Source: Patescibacteria group bacterium (GTDB lineage: Bacteria; Patescibacteriota; Minisyncoccia; Phycocordibacterales; JACOZG01). Taken from it: a stretch of 64,000 nt of DNA. Where the stretch lies: the NCBI GenBank assembly GCA_038064435.1, contig JBBTTC010000004.1:3615-67614 (forward strand), given 5' to 3'. Below are positions 39,760 through 48,442 of the stretch, in pieces; positions within the stretch are counted from its first letter, which is position 1, and every line of letters begins with the position of its first letter. A model generated the notes under the pieces. That model was not told the DNA's origin. It saw only the letters and a program-made list of their open reading frames with translations, and did no database searches. The position numbers and the translations under genes are program-made.

Positions 39760-40449
39760 CTACCGCAAATTATCAACGTAAACCCCACCGATACCAAGAT
39801 TAGCACCATCTAATCCGATAGCATCAAAACCAGTGAAAGATGGGCCGCCGGTGAATGGTACCCAATCCGTCCATGATCCATTATTCAATTTATACCTAGC
39901 GGTCTTGTCAGCCGAACGCCACTCAATGTTTATCAAATTCCAAGTGTCATCTTCGTAGCTACCGAAGTTAACACGAGTGTCAGTGCGCGCATCGATATAA
40001 TTAACGTTGCCATTTTTATTGAAAGCTACGACGATTCGTGATGGGCCGTCCCAGGATCCCTGATACATTCCCAGTTGAACATTTTCCGAATGGAAACTTA
40101 CATAACTGGCTCGATTTTGAGTTTTTACCCAGAATGATTGCCGGCCGTCCGCCAAAGCTCTCCCCGTATTTTTAGTAATAATACTTTCGCCCATTGAATT
40201 AAAATTGCTCAGGGCTTTTGCACCCTCTTTAAACACAAGCCCCTGCGCCAACCAGCGATTCCCGTTTTCTCGATCGGTCCATCCTCCCTGACCAACAACC
40301 GATCCGTCTAAAAAAGAATTGAAATTCTCACATAACACCGCGCGACATATCTGAGACCAAAAACCTAACCAGGGCTTCGGCCTCGCCTCGACGAAAGTGA
40401 AAAAGGATAGCCCGATCACCAACGACAGTGCCAAATGTAATTTTTTCAT
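39760..40449 (-). CDS. Secreted beta-rich hypothetical protein
   Basis: Signal peptide; ENF...GQGGW...YVDNL lectin-like pattern. Confidence 0.7.
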   Translation of the reverse strand: MKKLHLALSLVIGLSFFTFVEARPKPWLGFWSQICRAVLCENFNSFLDGSVVGQGGWTDRENGNRWLAQGLVFKEGAKALSNFNSMGESIITKNTGRALADGRQSFWVKTQNRASYVSFHSENVQLGMYQGSWDGPSRIVVAFNKNGNVNYIDARTDTRVNFGSYEDDTWNLINIEWRSADKTARYKLNNGSWTDWVPFTGGPSFTGFDAIGLDGANLGIGGVYVDNLR

Positions 40450-40502
40450 ATGTTAAAACACTACATTATGAAATATATTTTGTCCAGCCGACCACGATGA
40501 TT

Positions 40503-40922
40503 CTAGTGGTGCATCCTGCCGCCCCGATCAACATGAGTAATACAAAAAAACTGTCTTTTTTGATAACCAAAAACCCTAAATAGACCCCTCTGCTCTATTC
40601 TAAAATGAAAATAGTACTGTTCGACCAACTTTTCCGGAGTGGTATTTTGCTCATGAATCATATTAAAGCTATCGGTATTTTGCCTTTCGGGCGTTATGCC
40701 ACTTTCTCTCGGAAGATTTGAGAATTGCCCCCAAGTTAGTTTCTCGATATGCCTGAGACGTGCAATAAAATTTTCAGCCTGTACTTTTGTTAAATTCCAA
40801 AATGAATAGTTCTTGTTCAGCGAGCAATCGCAAATCAAAAACAAAATCTTATCCCCCGTGTATCTTAGATCTATTTTGCTGGGCGTGATCACCTCATCCA
40901 TGACCGTATTCACCCGTACCAA
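40503..40922 (-). CDS. Putative toxin paired with a Panacea antitoxin
   Basis: 2 bp downstream of the antitoxin; C-terminal FHFRI...RVFGY...D..G..H resembles RelE-like folds. Confidence 0.6.
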   Translation of the reverse strand: MVRVNTVMDEVITPSKIDLRYTGDKILFLICDCSLNKNYSFWNLTKVQAENFIARLRHIEKLTWGQFSNLPRESGITPERQNTDSFNMIHEQNTTPEKLVEQYYFHFRIEQRGLFRVFGYQKRQFFCITHVDRGGRMHH

Positions 40923-40924
40923 AA

Positions 40925-41401
40925 TTACTTATTCAACAAGGGCGTATAGTATTCACCAATTGCTTTGTTGCTTATCTCTTTGTTGGAAGAATTATATGCT
41001 TCCCTCCAGGGTGTATGCGCGTGGGTGATGTCAACGAGTCGACTGGTCGAATACCCACCAAAAGCTTCCCAGACCCTTTTTAGTGTTTCTTTGTCCTCTT
41101 CAGAAATCGTACTTCTGTCCTCTTCAATAATAATAATGGCCTTGCTGCCATGTTTTTTCAGTTTGTGATAGACATTAGGAACCACTGGGCCAAACTCCCA
41201 GGCCTCAATCGGATCAGCAAAAAGGGGTTTGCCAATTTTTGCGAGAAAATAAACCTGGGCAAAATAAAGTATTTTCTGAAGCTTGAGATTGGTCACCCCC
41301 TCTCTTTCTTTGTTGTCTCCCACAACCTGTTGCGAACCCAGATAAATAAAATATTTCGCTACATCCTCGGCCTTATATAAGTTTTTTGATTGTGTGGCCA
41401 T
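40925..41401 (-). CDS. Panacea (DUF4065/SocA) antitoxin
   Basis: TNLKLQKILYFAQ, IEAWEFGPVVP, TH...PW. Confidence 0.9.
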   Translation of the reverse strand: MATQSKNLYKAEDVAKYFIYLGSQQVVGDNKEREGVTNLKLQKILYFAQVYFLAKIGKPLFADPIEAWEFGPVVPNVYHKLKKHGSKAIIIIEEDRSTISEEDKETLKRVWEAFGGYSTSRLVDITHAHTPWREAYNSSNKEISNKAIGEYYTPLLNK

Positions 41402-41468
41402 CGTCGCTTACATTATACACTTTTTATTAAAATTCAATGATCACCTTTCAGAGTTGAATAATATCATC

Positions 41469-41933
41469 ATGCCAACATGGCGACACATCACAAGAATTGC
41501 CCTGGCCGCTCTGGTCGCCTGGTGGTTTTTTAGCTACGTTCTCGTCCCCATCCGCGTTTCAGGCCGGAGCATGGAACCTGCTTATGACAACAGCGACTTT
41601 AATTTTATTAATCGCACGGCCTATTGGCGCAAAAATCCGGCTCGGGGCGACGTGGTGGGCGTATCATTCACTGGGCAACGACTGATGTTACTCAAGCGCA
41701 TTGTGGGTCTGCCGGGCGAGAGTGTGGCCATCATTGATGGCCAGATTGAGATTAACGGGCAAGTGCTAAGCGAACCCTACGTGCAAACAGCGAAGCAACC
41801 GTGGCAAGTGCCAGCCGTGCACCTGTTGGACCAAGAATATTTTGTGGTCGGCGACAATCGCGACACAGCCCAAGCTGACCACGTTTTTGGCACGGTCAAA
41901 GCTGAACGAATGGTGGGTAAAATTTTATGGTAA
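41469..41933 (+). CDS. lepB: Signal peptidase I
   Basis: GRSMEP, KRIVGLPGE, GDNR. Confidence 0.92.
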   Translation: MPTWRHITRIALAALVAWWFFSYVLVPIRVSGRSMEPAYDNSDFNFINRTAYWRKNPARGDVVGVSFTGQRLMLLKRIVGLPGESVAIIDGQIEINGQVLSEPYVQTAKQPWQVPAVHLLDQEYFVVGDNRDTAQADHVFGTVKAERMVGKILW

Positions 41934-42439
41934 GAAAAAATATGATCGTAATCATTGTTCTGGCTGTGATCATCGTCGCCGGCATTATTTTCTTCTGGTG
42001 GTGGTTTGGCGCCAATCATCAAATTAAAAAATTGCTTAACAGCTTGGAATCAACCATAAGTTTTGATAACCGACCAACCTTAATCGCGACCAGCATCAAA
42101 GCCGAGCGCCTGATTAATTATTTTTCCTCCGACGTGGCGCTCGACATCAAGAGTGATGACGGCCTAGTGGAATTGCATACCACCGACCGCGAAGAGATAA
42201 GAGATTACTTCCTGGCCAGCCTTCAGCGAGTATCGCTGATAAACGTCCGGTTTCTCGACACACAGATTAACGCCAACCGCGGCCGCGCCAGCTTGGAAAC
42301 AACCGCCCGCGTGAGGGTCCTCTCCGATTTTGGCGAAACAAACTTGATCCTCCCCTTGCGTATGGTACTTGAGCACTCATCGGGCGACTGGCAAATCCAA
42401 AGCGTCAGCTCAATTGAAATTATTAAGCGTTACCGCTAA
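41927..42439 (+). CDS. Membrane-anchored NTF2/SnoaL-like protein
   Basis: N-terminal TM; C-terminal GDWQI strand pattern. Confidence 0.6.
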   Translation: MVRKNMIVIIVLAVIIVAGIIFFWWWFGANHQIKKLLNSLESTISFDNRPTLIATSIKAERLINYFSSDVALDIKSDDGLVELHTTDREEIRDYFLASLQRVSLINVRFLDTQINANRGRASLETTARVRVLSDFGETNLILPLRMVLEHSSGDWQIQSVSSIEIIKRYR

Positions 42440-42457
42440 TCGATCCCCAAATATCCC

Positions 42458-42485
42458 TTGACAGGGTATATGGGTATGCTATAAT
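42458..42485 (+). promoter_or_regulatory. Consensus sigma70 promoter
   Basis: TTGACA-N16-TATAAT with extended TG. Confidence 0.8.
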
Positions 42486-42682
42486 AAAGACAGTTCTGTA
42501 TCGATCTGTTTAACTATCAGGAGGAGAAGAAAAGGAGGTGGATCAAAGGCGCACGGTCGCAAGACACGGCGCCTTTTTCTGTTTCGGCCGAGACTCTGGA
42601 CTTATGGTCGGAGTGTCGCTAGCATTAAATCAGCGTTTAGTTGTTTGAAAACTTAAACATTACTTCTGCACAGGAGACACAG

Positions 42683-43462
42683 ATGAGAATGATCATGGTA
42701 ATGGTGGCGGTCGTGTTGATGGGTGGCTGTGCGAACAAAGTTGACTTCCGCCCGCCAGAGCGGGCGGCGGCGCAAGCAGTAGCCGATCGACCGATCGCCA
42801 CCGAAGTGGTGCCAATCAGCATTCCGCATGACGACACCAAACCGATGTGGGTGGTTGTGGTTGAGCCCTTCGACATGGGCGCCAGTGGCGTTACTTCCGG
42901 CAACGCTCCGGAGACCATTAACCCCGGTGAACAAATTGGTCGCGGCGTGTCGGCCCAGTTGGCCACGGCCCTGCGCCGAGTCGGCAACATTTCCGTCATG
43001 GATCAGAACATCTACGAACGGCGAGTAGCGGCTGGCACCTTCCGGCTCGGCGACAACGAGCGCGGCCCGTACATTATTAAGGGCACGGTCACGGAGTTTG
43101 GCGAGACCAATGATCAAAGCGGCCAAGGCTACAGCACTGGTCCCAATGTGCCGGCTATGTTCATCCCCTACGTCGGCGGCATTGTCTCATATGGCATCGG
43201 CACCGAAGCCAGTGCGGAAACAGAGCGGCGCGGCATGGTGGCCTTTGATCTGCAAATTATCGAGCCCGAAACCGGGCGCTTGCTGACCTCATTTGTAAGC
43301 GAGGGCACATTTGTGAGTGTGGCCAAGAGCACGCGGCAAACCAAGTGGGGCAATACCACCACCAAATCCGACGCGGCGGCCAGCGCCATCGGCCAAGCGC
43401 AACGCGTGGCTCTCAACAAAGCCGTGACTCAAATCCACGCCGAGCTCGCCGCTCGACCGTAA
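42683..43462 (+). CDS. CsgG/HfaB-like lipoprotein
   Basis: Lipobox-like LMGG|C; IIKGTVTEF; VAFDLQIIEPETG; AGGAG SD sequence. Confidence 0.7.
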   Translation: MRMIMVMVAVVLMGGCANKVDFRPPERAAAQAVADRPIATEVVPISIPHDDTKPMWVVVVEPFDMGASGVTSGNAPETINPGEQIGRGVSAQLATALRRVGNISVMDQNIYERRVAAGTFRLGDNERGPYIIKGTVTEFGETNDQSGQGYSTGPNVPAMFIPYVGGIVSYGIGTEASAETERRGMVAFDLQIIEPETGRLLTSFVSEGTFVSVAKSTRQTKWGNTTTKSDAAASAIGQAQRVALNKAVTQIHAELAARP

Positions 43463-43493
43463 AAATAGGAGCGCGGTAAGCAAAACTCCATCA

Positions 43494-43520
43494 CCCCTCC
43501 GCTGTGGCAGAGGGGTTTTT
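43494..43520 (+). terminator. Intrinsic terminator
   Basis: CCCCTCCGC-TGTG-GCAGAGGGG-TTTTT. Confidence 0.7.
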
Positions 43521-43629
43521 GTTTCCTCTGTTTGCCCCAACCGGCTAGTTGCTATTGGTAAAATTATATGGAAAGATAAACGCTCAGAAAGACCTAGTTG
43601 TTTAACATAAAAACAGAAGGGAGGCCACG

Positions 43630-44187
43630 ATGGCGAATATGCACATTGAGGTCGTTCGGGCAGTGTTTTGTTGCCGAGGCAAGGTGTTGTTGATCCTAGA
43701 GAACTTTGTTGCTAGCGACGGACTTTACTGGTTGCCGCCGGGCGGCAAAATAAAGGCCGGCGAACAAGCCGCGGACGCGCTTTATCGCGAACTGGAAGAA
43801 AAGCTCGGCCTCAACGAAACCCAGCGTCTCGCATTGGGGATCAGATTCAAAAGATACTGCAGACTCCAAGGTCCGGGTTGGCAACCGAAAGAAATCTTGT
43901 TCGTCCAACACTTTATCTGCGAGTTGAAGGAATTTTTTGATCCTGTTTTACTCGATGGCCAAGTAACTGCCCGCTGGCTTAACGCCGAACCAGCGGGCGG
44001 CAAGATCGGCGACATCACTCGATCATTGCTTGACCACCTAAGGCTCGACGGCTACCTTCGTCCGTCATCCTCTGCCCCCGTCATTCGCCGCGGTCCGCCA
44101 CAGGCGGACAGGCGAATGACGGGGGTTTTTATTTCACCCATGTCCGGGAACATATTCCCAAACCACGGCCGGTGTGATAAGAATTAA
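43630..44187 (+). CDS. NUDIX hydrolase
   Basis: PGGKIKAGEQAADALYRELEEKLG Nudix box. Confidence 0.8.
   Translation: MANMHIEVVRAVFCCRGKVLLILENFVASDGLYWLPPGGKIKAGEQAADALYRELEEKLGLNETQRLALGIRFKRYCRLQGPGWQPKEILFVQHFICELKEFFDPVLLDGQVTARWLNAEPAGGKIGDITRSLLDHLRLDGYLRPSSSAPVIRRGPPQADRRMTGVFISPMSGNIFPNHGRCDKN
44075..44130 (+). terminator. Terminator-like hairpin with a nested palindrome
   Basis: CCCCCGTCATTCGCC...GGCGAATGACGGGGG-TTTTT, with GTCCGCC-ACA-GGCGGAC at the tip. Confidence 0.75.
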
Positions 44188-44226
44188 AGTGGCATTAGAA
44201 CCTTAACAACCGAAAGGGGGTGCGAG

Positions 44227-44907
44227 ATGGATTGTAATCGACTGATGCCCGATGATTTTTTCGAAACGTTTGATTTTGCTGAAGATCGCCCGCGTTGCCT
44301 ACTTCGGCGCGGCCACCGTGGCGAACATCTATCTCGCCTCCTCGAAGGCCACTTCATTAGCTGGCTGTCGGGTCGAAATGGTCACCCCTGGCAGTGGTCG
44401 GAAGTGGTGCCGTCGGCCGCGGCCAAACTAATTTATCGATTGCAGCCAGCAAGCGAGATTAAGAAAAAGATCATTGAATGGCGAGGTGTCATCCGTTGGC
44501 ATCGCGACCAAGTGGGTCATGATCGCTGTTGGCTTGACGACGGACACGTTTATAAAATCGTGCTTGGCCTTGAGACAACACACCCGCCCAGCAAAACGGT
44601 GTGTGAAGATTTATGTACCCAATATCACCACGGTCGGTCGGGGAAAAAATTTATTCGCGGCCAGAATAAGTTAAATGGAAAAAAGCCCGACGATGATTTA
44701 GAGAAAATGAGTCGGCACCGACTTGAACTAGAATGGGCCAAATTACTCAAGGCGGTGACTGCCCACTATCGACTAGGTGACGGCGAACGACTGGCGCGCG
44801 ATGACCAGAAACTATATCGTGTCCTACCAGAAAAAACTCCGGCTGACCAACGCCTGCCGACGGCTAATGAATTCAAACAAGGCTGTCGAGAATTTCTCGG
44901 CTGGTAA
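44227..44907 (+). CDS. Hypothetical protein with internal duplication
   Basis: HRDQVGHDRCWLDD..VY and HYRLGDGERLARDD.KLY half-repeats; GGGGG SD sequence. Confidence 0.7.
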   Translation: MDCNRLMPDDFFETFDFAEDRPRCLLRRGHRGEHLSRLLEGHFISWLSGRNGHPWQWSEVVPSAAAKLIYRLQPASEIKKKIIEWRGVIRWHRDQVGHDRCWLDDGHVYKIVLGLETTHPPSKTVCEDLCTQYHHGRSGKKFIRGQNKLNGKKPDDDLEKMSRHRLELEWAKLLKAVTAHYRLGDGERLARDDQKLYRVLPEKTPADQRLPTANEFKQGCREFLGW

Positions 44908-44932
44908 CCCCGTTGATTTTTCGGCGGGGTTT

Positions 44933-45124
44933 TTATTTCTTTAATAACCTCCAGCCCGTGACGGCTAAGTAACCAGCAACGAGAAAAGCGGCGGCACTCC
45001 ACCAGAGCGGAATGTCTAAACCAGCCACCATGGCCGGCCAGTTGTTAACAAATCTCCAACCGTGGAGAAGCGCGATTAGGGCAAAAATTGTCGCTGTCAA
45101 ACTAAAATATTTTTTTGTTTCCAT
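44933..45124 (-). CDS. Small two-TM membrane protein
   Basis: IFALIALLHGWR...W...IPLW.S; TG-G-TACAAT lies 7 nt before ATG 45124. Confidence 0.7.
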   Translation of the reverse strand: METKKYFSLTATIFALIALLHGWRFVNNWPAMVAGLDIPLWWSAAAFLVAGYLAVTGWRLLKK

Positions 45125-45204
45125 ATTGTTTATTGTACCATACACACAAGTTTGACTTTAAAGCCCATGTGGATTAATATGACTCAAACTAAGCCCAGGA
45201 AGAA

Positions 45205-45825
45205 TTGAGAGAAAGAATCAATATCAATCATCAAATTAGAGCCGCCGAACTGCGCGTCGTGGACGAAGCGGGGGCTAACCTGGGGGTTTTGTCATTATCG
45301 GCAGCTCTAGCCTTAGCTCTAGAGCAGGGTCAAGATCTGATTGAAATCTCCCCCACGGCCCGACCACCAGTGGCCAAGATAATGGACTACGGCAAATTCC
45401 AGTACCTTAGCAACAAGAAAAACAAGTCTGCCAAAACTAAAACCGCCGCCACCGAAACTAAATCTATCCAGATTAAAATCGGGACGGGTGACCACGACCT
45501 ATCTATTAAGGCCGGCAAGGTCTCGGATTTTCTCAAGGAGGGTCATCGGGTCAAAGTGGAATTGTTTTTATCTGGTCGGGCCAAATATTTTGAAGCCAAG
45601 TTTTTAGAGGAACGGCTGGCTCGCGTCCTCAAGTTTATTACCGAAAATTATCGGGTCGCCGACGGCCCCGTGCGCGGCCCACGCGGACTAAGCGTGATCA
45701 TCGAACGAATCAAGGGACAAAAGGAAACAAATTCTCATGAAAACCAACAAGTCATTTCAGAAGAGGTTAAGGTTAACCCGTCGCGGCAAAGTGCTGGCGC
45801 GCCAACCGGGCAAAAACCACTTTAA
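45205..45825 (+). CDS. infC: Translation initiation factor IF-3
   Basis: INHQIRA, PPVAKIMDYGKF; TTG start. Confidence 0.95.
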   Translation: MRERININHQIRAAELRVVDEAGANLGVLSLSAALALALEQGQDLIEISPTARPPVAKIMDYGKFQYLSNKKNKSAKTKTAATETKSIQIKIGTGDHDLSIKAGKVSDFLKEGHRVKVELFLSGRAKYFEAKFLEERLARVLKFITENYRVADGPVRGPRGLSVIIERIKGQKETNSHENQQVISEEVKVNPSRQSAGAPTGQKPL

Positions 45826-45919
45826 CGCCAAACAGCGTCGCTCCAAACAGCTCAGCCAAAATCGCTTGGCCGAGTTTAATATTCGTCACAAAACCCTAAG
45901 CAGTTACCTAGCCCATTAA
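45737..45919 (+). CDS. rpmI: 50S ribosomal protein L35
   Basis: MKTNKS..KR...T..GK; lies between infC and rplT. Confidence 0.92.
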   Translation: MKTNKSFQKRLRLTRRGKVLARQPGKNHFNAKQRRSKQLSQNRLAEFNIRHKTLSSYLAH

Positions 45920-45925
45920 ACTACT

Positions 45926-46285
45926 ATGCCAAGAGTAAAACGTGCCACCATTGCCATTAAACGCCGCCGCAAAATTCTTAAAGCGGCTAAGGGTTATCGC
46001 TTTGGCCGCAGTAAAAAAGAACGCGAAGCGCGCACGGCCCTTTACCACGCCGGTCTCCATGCTTTCGCTCATCGCCGCGATAAAAAGAATGATTTCCGTC
46101 GCCTGTGGCAAATCCAGATCAATGCCGCCGTTCGCCCGCTCGGTCTTAGTTACAGTCGTTTTATTTATTTACTCAAACAAAAAAAGGTCCGTTTGGATCG
46201 AAAGATTCTGGCCGCGTTGGCCCAATCCCAACCGACCGCCTTCGGCGGCCTAGTGCAAATTCTTAAAACACCCGCTGGTCGCTAA
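45926..46285 (+). CDS. rplT: 50S ribosomal protein L20
   Basis: MPRVKR...AKGY...FRRLW..INAA. Confidence 0.97.
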   Translation: MPRVKRATIAIKRRRKILKAAKGYRFGRSKKEREARTALYHAGLHAFAHRRDKKNDFRRLWQIQINAAVRPLGLSYSRFIYLLKQKKVRLDRKILAALAQSQPTAFGGLVQILKTPAGR

Positions 46286-46841
46286 ATTTGTTTTTGGCCA
46301 CCAATTCCAGCACCCGGGCCACGAGTTTGGCCGGATCAGAATCAAAGATCACCAAATCATTAGGCCGTTGACCCTTATCAATAATGTCTTTAATCAGCTC
46401 GTCAGTCGGCCAATCGCCCTGCAAAACACCAATAGGCTTGTGATCCTCGAATGCCACCGAAAACTCGTTGATCGTCCCCACGCGCCCACAACCAATTAAA
46501 ATCCCGTCTGACGAACGAGTTAATAATAAATTACGCCCCGAATAACCAAAGCCGGTGTAGATAATTAGATCAAGATAATCAACCGGCAGACCGTAATTTT
46601 CCACATGATCCCGTTCGTTGTAGGCCGGTGACAAACCCAGAGAAACACCGCCGGCCTCTTTGGCGCCGATCGTCGCCCAGAGCGGAAAACCAGTAGTGGC
46701 ACCCGTTACCAGTACGGCCCCCTGCTTCACCACTTGTCGCCCCAGTTCCTTGGCAATTTCTAATGCGTTAATACCGCAGTGGCCAGTCTCGGCGGCACCC
46801 GAGACGCACAGCTTAACTTTTCGATGATCATGTTTGCTCAT
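46263..46841 (-). CDS. LOG/SLOG family nucleotide-binding protein
   Basis: TGATTG, YTGFG..GRN, GRVGTINEF. Confidence 0.8.
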   Translation of the reverse strand: MSKHDHRKVKLCVSGAAETGHCGINALEIAKELGRQVVKQGAVLVTGATTGFPLWATIGAKEAGGVSLGLSPAYNERDHVENYGLPVDYLDLIIYTGFGYSGRNLLLTRSSDGILIGCGRVGTINEFSVAFEDHKPIGVLQGDWPTDELIKDIIDKGQRPNDLVIFDSDPAKLVARVLELVAKNKFSDQRVF

Positions 46842-46861
46842 GAATTGTTAATTATAACAAA

Positions 46862-48223
46862 CTACAAAGTAAATTCCTGACCGGCCACTGGCGCCACAGC
46901 ATCAAGACCAACATAATCACGTAAACGTTGAGTTAGAAACCAAGATGCTTCCGGTTCACCCAGAGCAACAAAGACTTTTTTCAATCCGTCCGGCGCCTGG
47001 CGAATAAAATCCACCAATCCCGGCCCGTCTTTATGCGCCGAGTAGCCGCCAGCCATCACCACTCGCGCGCGCACGTCCACGGTCTCACCGGCAATCGTCA
47101 CGGTCTTAACCCCATCCTGCAGTAATCGACCCAGACTACCGGCGGCCTGGTAACCTACCAGCAATAGCGCACTGTGTGGATCAGATAAGTAGCGTCGTTC
47201 ATGATGCAAAATTCTCCCTCCATTCGACATGCCCGAACCAGCAATAATAATTTTGCGCTGATTGACCAAATTGATAGCCTTAGATTCATCGGTGGTGAGG
47301 GTCATTTTAAGTTGGGGGAAACGAAACAAACTGCCGGGCTGGCCACCATAAAGCAGATCGGGTTTGAGATAATCAGCAAAATATTTCTGGTAAACTGCCG
47401 TGACCTTAATAGCGAGCGGTGAGTCTAAAAAAACCGGCACTAGCGGCACGCGCGAATGAGTCATCATTGCCTTGACTTCGTAGAGCAGCTCCTGCGTGCG
47501 CTCGATGGAAAAGGCCGGGATGAGCAAGGTGCCACCGACATGCATTGTTTCTTCAATAATACGCTCCAGTTTTTCCTGCCGCATTGATGAAACCTCGTGT
47601 TGGCGATTGCCATACACACTTTCTGTTACCACGTAATCAATCGCCGGTAATGACTCAACGTCAGGCAACAGTGGCATAGGCGAATTACCCACATCGCCGG
47701 TAAACATAAACCGTTCGCCATCCGCTGTAATCATGATCATGGCCGAGCCAAGAATGTGACCAGCGTTAAACAGTTCCGCTTTTATGCCGCCAGACAGTTC
47801 CTGAATTTGATGATACGGGAGTACCTGCCACAACTTCATCGTCTCAACGATGTCGGCCTCCTCGTAGAGCGGTTCGGGCTGACGACTTTTATTGCGCGCC
47901 GCCTCTTTGGCCAACACCCCCAAACTGTCATGAAGGCCAAGCTCGGCCAACTCGCGCGTTGGTGCCGTGGAAAAAATTTGCCCGCGGAAACCCTGCCGCA
48001 CCAAACGCGGTATGCGACCAATGTGGTCAAGGTGGGCATGAGTGATAAAAAGGTAATTGACACCAGCCGGCGAGTAAGGAAAGGGAGCAAAATTTTTATC
48101 CTCGGCCACTTGCCGACCCTGGATCAAACCACAATCCACGAGCAAACGGTGGCCGTCATTAGTAGTGAGTAAAAAGTTGGCACCCGTCACACTTCCGGCC
48201 CCACCACAAAAAGCTAGCTTCAT
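46862..48223 (-). CDS. MBL-fold beta-CASP ribonuclease
   Basis: THAHLDHIG, AGHILGS, ESVYG, AGSGMSNGGR, YSAH. Confidence 0.92.
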   Translation of the reverse strand: MKLAFCGGAGSVTGANFLLTTNDGHRLLVDCGLIQGRQVAEDKNFAPFPYSPAGVNYLFITHAHLDHIGRIPRLVRQGFRGQIFSTAPTRELAELGLHDSLGVLAKEAARNKSRQPEPLYEEADIVETMKLWQVLPYHQIQELSGGIKAELFNAGHILGSAMIMITADGERFMFTGDVGNSPMPLLPDVESLPAIDYVVTESVYGNRQHEVSSMRQEKLERIIEETMHVGGTLLIPAFSIERTQELLYEVKAMMTHSRVPLVPVFLDSPLAIKVTAVYQKYFADYLKPDLLYGGQPGSLFRFPQLKMTLTTDESKAINLVNQRKIIIAGSGMSNGGRILHHERRYLSDPHSALLLVGYQAAGSLGRLLQDGVKTVTIAGETVDVRARVVMAGGYSAHKDGPGLVDFIRQAPDGLKKVFVALGEPEASWFLTQRLRDYVGLDAVAPVAGQEFTL

Positions 48224-48243
48224 GTCCTAATTCTAACAGAGAA

Positions 48244-48289
48244 AATGAAAACCCGTTCGTCAGCCGCGGCTGACGAACGGGTTTTCATT
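48244..48289. terminator. Perfect 46-bp palindrome / bidirectional terminator
   Basis: AATGAAAACCCGTTCGTCAGCCG|CGGCTGACGAACGGGTTTTCATT. Confidence 0.8.
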
Positions 48290-48292
48290 ACC

Positions 48293-48404
48293 GGTTACTT
48301 GGAGGAAAGACTAACTAAAATAAGGTGGGTTCCCGCAAAGACAAGCCACGGCTCGCCCTATTTTAGGATCCCGATTAAAGATCGTTAGGTCCCCCAAATA
48401 ACCT
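48293..48404 (-). ncRNA. Candidate structured small RNA
   Basis: TATAAT at 48411-48416, rod-like fold with two long stems, followed by the palindrome. Confidence 0.5.
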
Positions 48405-48442
48405 ACCCTAATTATACCCCCGCCACACAATCAAGCAAATAA

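Noticed and set aside
42683-44935. Integron cassette array
   Set aside because: No integron integrase and no attC-type RYYYAAC…GTTRRRY sites recognised; the intergenic hairpins look like terminators.
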